The notes under the pieces are model-generated. The model made no database searches and was not told where the DNA came from. It saw only the letters and a list, made by a program, of their open reading frames with translations. Position numbers and translations under genes: made by a program. Shown here piece after piece: positions 56,575 through 64,000 of a DNA stretch of 64,000 nt (its first letter is position 1; every line of letters starts with the position of its first letter). The stretch is taken from sequence record SRR22947727_488. The stretch is one strand, 5' to 3'.

Positions 56575-57450
56575 CTAACTAATTTTATTAAGAAAAAATT
56601 TGTAATAGTCGGCAACATCTTTAGGTGCTTCAAGCTGAGGGTAGTGTCCTATACTTTCCAGCTCTTTGAGCCAGTTTAGATTGCATATAATTTGTTTATA
56701 TTTTTTTATCATATGAGAACCTGAAACTGGATCCATCGATCCATTTATTAAAGCGATTGGAACTTTAGATTTTTTTAGCGCATATACCCATCTCTCTCTA
56801 TTTTCTTTTCTATCTGATATATAACTAATTAAGTTATGAAATATATGACGTCCATTTTTATAATTTATTAAAGACCAAAAACCATCTAGTTCTGATTTGG
56901 AGGGTTTGGTTCTTGGGCCAAATACTTTATTCATCGAATTGTTGAATTGTTTTTGCGAGGTAAGTTTGTTTACTAGCCATCCAATTCGACTAAGCAAAAG
57001 TTTCTGAATAAACAATGCTTTATGGGTTTCAGGAAATAATCCTCCGTTTAAAAAGCAAACTGATTTGCAACTTGTTGTTTTTGTCATGGAGTTTATTCGT
57101 GCTAGAAGCTCTTGTGTAACTGTATCGCCATAATCGTGAGCCAATATGTGATAATTAATTAGTTTTTTATCATTAATTAATTCTTCAACTATATCGGCTT
57201 GCTCTAATATTGAATATTTGTGGGGGTCGGGTTTATCTGAAAAACCAAAGCCAAGCATATCCATTGCTATTAATCGGTAATCTTTCTTTAATAAAACCCA
57301 TATATCTTTCCAATCCCAACTGGATGTTGGAAATCCATGTATTAAAACTATTGTATCTTTATTTTTATCTTTTGTATCCTGGACAAAGATATCGTAACCC
57401 TTGCAAGAGATTAGATTTCCTGCTTTTTTCCATTCTTCTATTGAAATCAT
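56575..57450 (-). CDS. alpha/beta hydrolase (epoxide hydrolase/MEST-like)
   Basis: HGFPTSSWDW, GFGFSDKP, nucleophile AHDYG, GHYPQ.E. Confidence 0.9.
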   Translation of the reverse strand: MISIEEWKKAGNLISCKGYDIFVQDTKDKNKDTIVLIHGFPTSSWDWKDIWVLLKKDYRLIAMDMLGFGFSDKPDPHKYSILEQADIVEELINDKKLINYHILAHDYGDTVTQELLARINSMTKTTSCKSVCFLNGGLFPETHKALFIQKLLLSRIGWLVNKLTSQKQFNNSMNKVFGPRTKPSKSELDGFWSLINYKNGRHIFHNLISYISDRKENRERWVYALKKSKVPIALINGSMDPVSGSHMIKKYKQIICNLNWLKELESIGHYPQLEAPKDVADYYKFFLNKIS

Positions 57451-57531
57451 TTTTAAAGGCCTAAATAATTTTTTTGCATCACCTTGACGTCCATTATTAT
57501 AACATCATTATACATAAGATTAGGAGGCAAT

Positions 57532-59355
57532 ATGAGCATTGATTGTGATTTATATATAAAAAATGGACTTATGTTTAATGGTAGTGGAGAGTATCCTGTC
57601 ATTAATGACATAGCAATATCTAAAGGTATAGTTGTTGCTATAGGTAAAGATCTAAAAGTTGCAAACAATGTTAAGACTATTGACGCAAGTAATGAATGGG
57701 TAATGCCTGGATTGCTCGATATTCATACTCATTATGATTTAGAAATTGAAATTTCACCAGGTTTAAAAGAATCAGTTAGACACGGAACGACAACAGTTGT
57801 TATGTCTAATTGTTCGCTTGGATTGGCATTTGGCTCACAAAGAAAAGATAATGATGACCCAATCGTGTCATGCTTTGCTAGAGTAGAAAATATACCTAAA
57901 CATGTTCTAAAAAAAGTCGCTGATAAAGTTTATTGGAATACTTCATCAGAGTATATCGAACATTTAAATAAATTAAAACTAGGAGCTAATGTTGTTCCTA
58001 TGATCCCGCATTCAATGCTTAGAATTGAAGTAATGGGCCTAAAGGATAGCGTTAGTCGTAACCCAAGCTCTGAAGAACTAGACAAAATGAAGTCACTCTT
58101 AAAAAAAGGCTTAGATGAGGGTTATGTTGGTTTTTCAACTGACTCTTTACCTTTTCATTTTTTAGCTAATGACCCAAATAGAAAAAAACAAATCCCCACT
58201 CAATTTGCACCATTTTCTGAGTTAAAATCACTAACTTCTGTAGTCAGAGCGTATGACCGAGTATGGCAAGCTACTCCCCCTAAAGACAGTCCTTTTAAAG
58301 TAGTAAGAACATTTTTACTCACTAGTGGAAGGCTTTATAAAAAACCTTTAAAAACAACTGTAGTAGCTGCCTTGGATATAGAAAGTAACGGTTCAATTAT
58401 TAAATTAGCAAAAACTTTAACGCGTGTTTTAAACTCGAAACTTATTGGTGGGAAATTCTATATGCAAGCTTTGGGAGCTCCTTTTAAGATTTGGTCCGAT
58501 GGTTTGTTTAACCCCTTATCGGAAGAAATTGATGAAATGAGAGAGTTAATTGAAACAGATTTAAATGATAGGCGTGCTAGAATTTTAATTATAGAGAATG
58601 AGGATTTTCGTAAACGGTTTAAAAAAATGTGGATGAAAGGAAAGACTGGTTTAAATTTTGCGAGGTTGAAACGACTTATTAACAGAGAGGATTATGCATT
58701 TAACCGTAATCTCGGTGATATGTTTATAGATAGATGCCCGATTAATCACTGGGTTGGACTGAGTTTTGAAGATGTTTATGAAGACATAAAAAAGGGTAAC
58801 GCTCCTGAAGGTTTTGAATCGATTGCTGATGAATCTGATTTTGTACTCACTATGCTTAAGGTATTTGATACTGATTTAGTGTGGAATACTACCAGTGCTA
58901 ATAGAGATTCAAACCAAATTAGAAAGCTATTGATGGACCCTCTTTTACTTCCAGGTTTTAATGACTCTGGGGCGCACCTTACTAATATGGCTTTTTATGA
59001 TTGTAATTTAAGATCATTAAATATTGCTCAGGAGGGTGGTGTTTTAGATGTCAGTTATATGATAAAAAGATTAACGCGAGATGCAGCAGAAATTTTTGGT
59101 ATTTCAGGTGGCCAAATAAAGGTTGGAGCGAGAGCAGACATAACTATAATCAACCCTGAAGCGCTAAAAGTATATAATGGTGAAAAAAATGTTCAAAGAA
59201 TTTATCGCGATGATTTTGAGCATGAACAACTTGTAAACCGTTCAGACGGTGTTGTTACTGCAACTATAGTGGCAGGACGGCCCATTTGGCAAAATAATAA
59301 ATTTGCAAATGATATAAACAAGTCAAAATATGGTATGTGCTTACTCGCGAGTTAA
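57532..59355 (+). CDS. N-acyl-D-amino-acid deacylase-like amidohydrolase
   Basis: PG..DIHTHYD, HGTTTVV..NC, DSGAH; start moved to ATG 57532 after SD AGGAGG. Confidence 0.85.
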   Translation: MSIDCDLYIKNGLMFNGSGEYPVINDIAISKGIVVAIGKDLKVANNVKTIDASNEWVMPGLLDIHTHYDLEIEISPGLKESVRHGTTTVVMSNCSLGLAFGSQRKDNDDPIVSCFARVENIPKHVLKKVADKVYWNTSSEYIEHLNKLKLGANVVPMIPHSMLRIEVMGLKDSVSRNPSSEELDKMKSLLKKGLDEGYVGFSTDSLPFHFLANDPNRKKQIPTQFAPFSELKSLTSVVRAYDRVWQATPPKDSPFKVVRTFLLTSGRLYKKPLKTTVVAALDIESNGSIIKLAKTLTRVLNSKLIGGKFYMQALGAPFKIWSDGLFNPLSEEIDEMRELIETDLNDRRARILIIENEDFRKRFKKMWMKGKTGLNFARLKRLINREDYAFNRNLGDMFIDRCPINHWVGLSFEDVYEDIKKGNAPEGFESIADESDFVLTMLKVFDTDLVWNTTSANRDSNQIRKLLMDPLLLPGFNDSGAHLTNMAFYDCNLRSLNIAQEGGVLDVSYMIKRLTRDAAEIFGISGGQIKVGARADITIINPEALKVYNGEKNVQRIYRDDFEHEQLVNRSDGVVTATIVAGRPIWQNNKFANDINKSKYGMCLLAS

Positions 59356-59446
59356 AATATTTTTTAGTATTGATTTTATAGATAGCCTTTTAGTGAACAT
59401 GGTTTATAGAAGTTTAAAAATTGTATCATTAAATAAAGGATTATTC

Positions 59447-59575
59447 ATGTTAGCTCTAATACAATCTGGTATATCTGTATTTGGTATTTCTATCGACCCT
59501 GCCTTATTTTGTTTCGGGTTAATTGCATTAATATTTGGCGGTTTAAACATATTGGAATATAAACGATTTGATTAG
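59447..59575 (+). CDS. 42-aa small membrane protein
   Basis: SD AAGGA, MLALIQSGISVFGISIDPALFCFGLIALIFGGLNILEYKRFD; one TM segment with a charged tail. Confidence 0.65.
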   Translation: MLALIQSGISVFGISIDPALFCFGLIALIFGGLNILEYKRFD

Positions 59576-59584
59576 AACTAGAAC

Positions 59585-60550
59585 ATGCTAATTTCCATTT
59601 TAATGCTATTGCTTGGAATTTCTTTACTTATTTATTTCGGTAATAAAATGGTAGAGAGTGCAGCATCTTTAGCAAGAAATCTTGGTGTTTCAGGATTAAT
59701 TATTGGACTAACTATAGTCGCTTTTGGTACCTCAGCCCCAGAACTTGTTGTTGGTATAAGGTCTGTTACAACTGGGGTAGGGGAGCTTGCATCCGCAAAT
59801 GTTATAGGGTCAAATATAGCTAATGTTCTTTTGGCATTAGGTATTCCATCTATAATAATGGCTATACCTACAAATACAATCGGAGTGGCACGCAATGCAT
59901 CAATTGCATTGTTTGCATCACTTTTATTAACATTTATGGTGTTTGTAAATAATCCTTTATTATTTTGGCAAAGCTTCATATTCTGCATGGGTATTATATT
60001 ATATCTTATATGGATGTATAAATTGTCATCTTCCGGAGGGGAAGACCCTATTTTATCTGAACTAATCAACGAAGCTCAAACTAATTCTAGTTCAAATTCG
60101 AAGACTTATTTGGTGATTACTTTATTAATCGGTATAGTAGGTTTATTATTGGGTGGACATATAATAGTTAAAAATGCTGTGCTAATAGCTACAGCTTTAG
60201 ATATATCTGAAACATTAATAGGTTTAACTATTGTCGCTATAGGAACTTCTCTTCCTGAAATAGCAACCGTTATAATTGCATCTTATCGTGGGCAGTCACA
60301 AGTTGCACTTGGTGGAATTATTGGTTCAAATATTTTTAATTTACTTGCAGTTCTGGGGATATCTGGTTTGACTGGCCCAATAGATGTAAATTTCTCAATA
60401 ATTAGTTTTGATATTTGGATAATGTTATTAACTGCCTTAATATTAGTATTATTAGTTTTAAGAAGAAAACCCATAGGAAGAAAAACTGGGATATTATTTT
60501 TATTAGGCTATGTTGTATATTTGCTAGTGATAATTAACCGTGGGATGTAA
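59585..60550 (+). CDS. calcium/sodium antiporter (YrbG family)
   Basis: Two alpha repeats GTSAPE...GSN and GTSLPE...GSN. Confidence 0.93.
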   Translation: MLISILMLLLGISLLIYFGNKMVESAASLARNLGVSGLIIGLTIVAFGTSAPELVVGIRSVTTGVGELASANVIGSNIANVLLALGIPSIIMAIPTNTIGVARNASIALFASLLLTFMVFVNNPLLFWQSFIFCMGIILYLIWMYKLSSSGGEDPILSELINEAQTNSSSNSKTYLVITLLIGIVGLLLGGHIIVKNAVLIATALDISETLIGLTIVAIGTSLPEIATVIIASYRGQSQVALGGIIGSNIFNLLAVLGISGLTGPIDVNFSIISFDIWIMLLTALILVLLVLRRKPIGRKTGILFLLGYVVYLLVIINRGM

Positions 60551-60559
60551 TATAATACA

Positions 60560-60934
60560 ATGTCTGAGCTTATATTCGAAATAGAAAAGGATTTTCAGTT
60601 TGAAGCTGCCCATTACTTTGGTCACTCAGATGCTAATGATTTATTTAAGAAAATTCATGGTCATAGTTTCTCTGGCACTGTAACCCTTTCAGGAGGGGCT
60701 CAAGAGAGTAAAGGCTGGGTTAAAGATTTTTGGAAAATTGAAAAAATAATTTCAAGGGTTATAGATACATTAGATCATACGTTACTTAATGATATTGATG
60801 GACTTGAAAAACCTGCTTTAGAGCAATTAGCTAAATGGATATTTTTGAAGCTAGATATTCTCCTTGATGGACTAGTTTCGGTTGAAGTTCGAAGGGAGTC
60901 ATGTGGCGAAAAAGCTAGAGTTAAAAAGATATGA
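60560..60934 (+). CDS. QueD/PTPS-family (COG0720) T-fold protein
   Basis: FEAAH, HGHSF, LDHTLLN, P.LE..A.WI. Confidence 0.85.
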   Translation: MSELIFEIEKDFQFEAAHYFGHSDANDLFKKIHGHSFSGTVTLSGGAQESKGWVKDFWKIEKIISRVIDTLDHTLLNDIDGLEKPALEQLAKWIFLKLDILLDGLVSVEVRRESCGEKARVKKI

Positions 60935-61665
60935 CTAAGGCTGTATTAATAACAGGTTCTGGAGCACGAATAGGGGCTTTTTTAGCTAAAAATTTAGCTG
61001 AACACGGTTGGGCTGTTGCGATTCATTATAATAAAAGTAAAGAAAGTGCTGAGATTTTATACAAAGAAATTAAAGGAAAGGGTGGAGATGTTGCTCTTGT
61101 AAAAGCTGATCTTTTTGACTCTAGTGATTTAGATACATTAATTCAAAAAGCATCTGAAAATTTGGGTTTTAATTTAACAGCACTTATTAATAATGCTTCA
61201 ACCTTTGAGGAAGATAATTTAGAAAATTTCACTGATAGTTCCTTCGATTATCACATGGATATAAATTTACGTGCTCCCTTGGTTCTAAGTCAGAAATTTG
61301 CAGAACAATTGCCAAATAATACTAAAGGTCAAATAATAAATATTATTGACCAGCGTGTTTTAAAGGCTGATCCAAGTTTTTTTACATACTCGATTTCAAA
61401 ATCTGCTTTATTTTGGGCTACAAAAACTATGGCACAATCACTAGCTCCTAACATTAGTGTTAATGCTATTGGACCAGGCCCGACAATTAAGAATTATATT
61501 CAATCTGATGAAGATTTTGATAGTGAAATTAATTCAACTTTACTAAAGAATGGATCACCACCAGATGAATTGCTAAGGGGTATTATGTATCTACTTTCTG
61601 GCTCATCAGTTACTGGCCATATGATACCAATAGATGGTGGTCAGCATCTTTCATTCACTTCTTGA
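60931..61665 (+). CDS. pteridine reductase/FolM-like SDR
   Basis: TGSGARIG (Arg in the Gly motif), IHY, NNAS, DQR, YSISK, DGG. Confidence 0.8.
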   Translation: MTKAVLITGSGARIGAFLAKNLAEHGWAVAIHYNKSKESAEILYKEIKGKGGDVALVKADLFDSSDLDTLIQKASENLGFNLTALINNASTFEEDNLENFTDSSFDYHMDINLRAPLVLSQKFAEQLPNNTKGQIINIIDQRVLKADPSFFTYSISKSALFWATKTMAQSLAPNISVNAIGPGPTIKNYIQSDEDFDSEINSTLLKNGSPPDELLRGIMYLLSGSSVTGHMIPIDGGQHLSFTS

Positions 61666-61744
61666 TAAAATTTCTTTGTGCTCTAAAAGGTTTTTTTAAT
61701 ATAATAGTATGTAATTTAAACAAAGCAAAATATAAGAGATAAAT

Positions 61745-62077
61745 ATGTCAACTGTATTGCTAATAATACAATTAATTATCAGCCTGATATTAACAGGATT
61801 AATACTGATTCAAAGGTCTGAAGGCGGGGCTTTGGGTATAGGCGGCGGCGGCGGCGGATTAATGTCTGGGAGGTCAGCAACAAATTCTATTTCACGGTTA
61901 ACATGGATTTTAGGAACTGTATTTATTATCAATTGTTTAGCTTTATCAATAGTTTTCAACATGGAAAATCAAAATACTTCACTTATTGATGATACAAATG
62001 CTGTTGCCCCCTTGACTGAGACAGTAGATTCAGTTGATACAACAATCCCGTTAGATGATGAAACTTCTAATCCTTAG
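61745..62077 (+). CDS. secG: preprotein translocase subunit SecG
   Basis: ILIQRSEGG.LG, two TM segments; upstream of pyrG. Confidence 0.92.
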   Translation: MSTVLLIIQLIISLILTGLILIQRSEGGALGIGGGGGGLMSGRSATNSISRLTWILGTVFIINCLALSIVFNMENQNTSLIDDTNAVAPLTETVDSVDTTIPLDDETSNP

Positions 62078-62173
62078 ACTGCTTAAGAAGGTAAATCATC
62101 AAAGGCACTAAAGATGCTTAATTAAACGAATTAACGTTTTTCTAGGCGCTTAAGTTTTGATTGGACGGGCATC

Positions 62174-63814
62174 ATGGTTAGTTTAACCCCAAAATATATT
62201 TTTATTACAGGTGGTGTGGTTTCTTCATTGGGAAAGGGTCTAGCTTCCGCAGCTTTAGGTGCTCTTTTACAAGCTAGAGGTTATAAAGTTAGATTGAGAA
62301 AACTTGATCCCTATTTAAATGTGGATCCGGGAACTATGAGTCCTTATCAACATGGTGAAGTATATGTAACTGACGATGGAGCAGAGTCTGATCTTGACTT
62401 AGGCCATTATGAGAGATTTACTGGTGTTTCTGCTGCCCAATCAGACAATATAACTACAGGCCGTATTTACTCAAATATAATCAGTAAAGAAAGAAAAGGT
62501 GAGTACCTTGGAGCAACTGTGCAGGTAATACCTCACGTTACTAATGAGATAAAAGAATTTATTACATCTGATGCTGGAGATGTTGACTTTGTATTATGCG
62601 AGGTCGGAGGTACAGTGGGTGATATTGAAGGTTTGCCATTTTTTGAAGCTTTACGTCAGCTTAGACAGGAGTTACCTATTAACCAAAGTTGTTATATGCA
62701 TGTAACTCTAATGCCATTTATTGCCGCTGCAGGTGAAATGAAAACAAAACCCACACAACATAGTGTAAAAGAATTACGTTCAATAGGTATACAGCCAGAC
62801 ATTCTTCTCTGTCGAACTGAAAGAGAAATTAGCGATAGTGACCGTAAAAAAATTAGTCGGTTTTGCAATGTTAGAGAAAGTTCTGTAATTCAAGGTCTGG
62901 ATGCTAATTCAATTTATACTGTCCCTTTATCATATCATTATGAAGGACTTGATAAAGAGGTACTTTCGCACTTTAATATAATCGATGCACCAGCCGCAGA
63001 CCTAACAAAATGGCAAAAAATATCGGATACACTTAAAAGTCCCGATGGAGAAGTAAGTATTGCTGTTGTAGGAAAATATACAGTATTACCAGATGCTTAC
63101 AAGTCTATAACTGAAGCACTTGTTCATGGCGGTATAGCCAATAAAGTAAAAGTTAAGATTAAATGGTTTGAGTCGGAGGAATTTGAAAATAACGATGATA
63201 TAGAAATACTAAAATCTATTCATGGTATACTTGTTCCAGGTGGATTTGGAAAAAGAGGGTCTGAAGGTAAAATAAAAGCAGCTAATGTAGCTCGCACTTT
63301 AAGCTTACCTTATTTTGGAATTTGCTTTGGTATGCAAATGGCAGTCATCGAAGCTGCTCGTAATTTAGCAGGAATTGTAGATGCAAGCTCATCAGAATTT
63401 GATACTAAAGGTGAAAATATAGTGGGTTTGATGACAGAATGGTTCAAAGAAGGTCAAGCAGTTCATCGCAATTCTGAAACTGATTTGGGTGGAACCATGC
63501 GGTTAGGTAAATATCCAGCTGTATTGACTAAAGGTTCAGTTGTAGCAAGAGAATATGGGAAATTAAAAATTTCAGAACGCCACCGCCATAGGTATGAAGT
63601 TAATATTGAATATAAGGAAAGATTAGAGGCTGTCGGTTTATTATTTTCTGGTATTTCACCAGATGGACTATTACCTGAGATAGTAGAAATACCAAATCAC
63701 CCATGGTTTGTAGGTGTGCAATATCACCCTGAATTGAAATCTCGACCTTTTGATCCACATCCATTATTTTCTGGTTTTATAAAAGCTGCACTCATGCAAA
63801 GTAGATTGGTTTGA
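62174..63814 (+). CDS. pyrG: CTP synthase
   Basis: [51 protein letters not shown]. Confidence 0.98.
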   Translation: MVSLTPKYIFITGGVVSSLGKGLASAALGALLQARGYKVRLRKLDPYLNVDPGTMSPYQHGEVYVTDDGAESDLDLGHYERFTGVSAAQSDNITTGRIYSNIISKERKGEYLGATVQVIPHVTNEIKEFITSDAGDVDFVLCEVGGTVGDIEGLPFFEALRQLRQELPINQSCYMHVTLMPFIAAAGEMKTKPTQHSVKELRSIGIQPDILLCRTEREISDSDRKKISRFCNVRESSVIQGLDANSIYTVPLSYHYEGLDKEVLSHFNIIDAPAADLTKWQKISDTLKSPDGEVSIAVVGKYTVLPDAYKSITEALVHGGIANKVKVKIKWFESEEFENNDDIEILKSIHGILVPGGFGKRGSEGKIKAANVARTLSLPYFGICFGMQMAVIEAARNLAGIVDASSSEFDTKGENIVGLMTEWFKEGQAVHRNSETDLGGTMRLGKYPAVLTKGSVVAREYGKLKISERHRHRYEVNIEYKERLEAVGLLFSGISPDGLLPEIVEIPNHPWFVGVQYHPELKSRPFDPHPLFSGFIKAALMQSRLV

Positions 63815-64000
63815 ATAAAGTGTTTTCAAGTTTTAAAAATATTTTATTCATTTCTGTATGTTGCATTTATTTCTTACTAGTTGCATGTCAGTCAAAGCCC
63901 TTAACAGCATGGAATTTATTGAGTTCTGAATCGAAAATTAATTATGTGTCTGTTAAAAATAATGATTTAATGGAAAATAATAGTTTTGAAATTTTTGAGG
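63811..64000 (+). CDS. probable YceI-family lipoprotein, N-terminal part (runs off window)
   Basis: Manual translation [60 protein letters not shown]; lipobox LVAC; W.L...S.I.Y.S.K pattern. Confidence 0.6.
   Translation, partial: MNKVFSSFKNILFISVCCIYFLLVACQSKPLTAWNLLSSESKINYVSVKNNDLMENNSFEIFE

Noticed and set aside
59632-60069. 145-aa minus-strand ORF, and the other short ORFs nested in or antisense to assigned genes
   Set aside because: They overlap well-supported genes and show no recognisable motifs.
61841-61857. (GGC)5 microsatellite
   Set aside because: Encodes the normal Gly-rich loop of SecG.
62118-62134. TTAA clusters upstream of pyrG as a CtrA box
   Set aside because: Spacings are 5 and 9 nt, not 7, and TTAA is common in this AT-rich DNA.

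Overview
AT-rich, gene-dense chromosomal segment of an alphaproteobacterium. Gene content and order (CtpA-like phosphatase in the lipid A cluster, lgt-midA-pgeF-prs, HAD-MaoC-ribF, secG-pyrG) suggest a streamlined Caulobacterales/Maricaulales-like organism; this is inference only. Most of the window is housekeeping: lptD, uvrC-pgsA, ilvE, an OmpR/EnvZ pair, a three-gene 2-oxoacid:acceptor oxidoreductase, an acyl-CoA catabolic cluster, purD/xseA, lipid A genes, ubiA, gshA, prs and pyrG. I saw no rRNA, tRNA, CRISPR array, transposase or integrase. The most unusual part is 44.4-45.4 kb. It holds an unannotated ~205-nt minus-strand structured RNA candidate with a promoter, a strong terminator, a sequence repeated at both ends that allows alternative pairing, two tandem copies of a three-way-junction-like module, and a perfect SD before a 12-codon ORF. 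Beside it is a GC-rich foreign gene fragment with one internal stop. Other points: a hidden 26-aa membrane peptide overlapping the start of a Baeyer-Villiger monooxygenase, an inositol monophosphatase-DUF4170 fusion, a Cys-less QueD-like protein paired with a pteridine-reductase-like SDR, an apparent ATT start for methylmalonyl-CoA mutase, and a 27-bp inverted duplication at the window start that looks like an amplification chimera. All product calls come from motif recognition by eye, not database searches.
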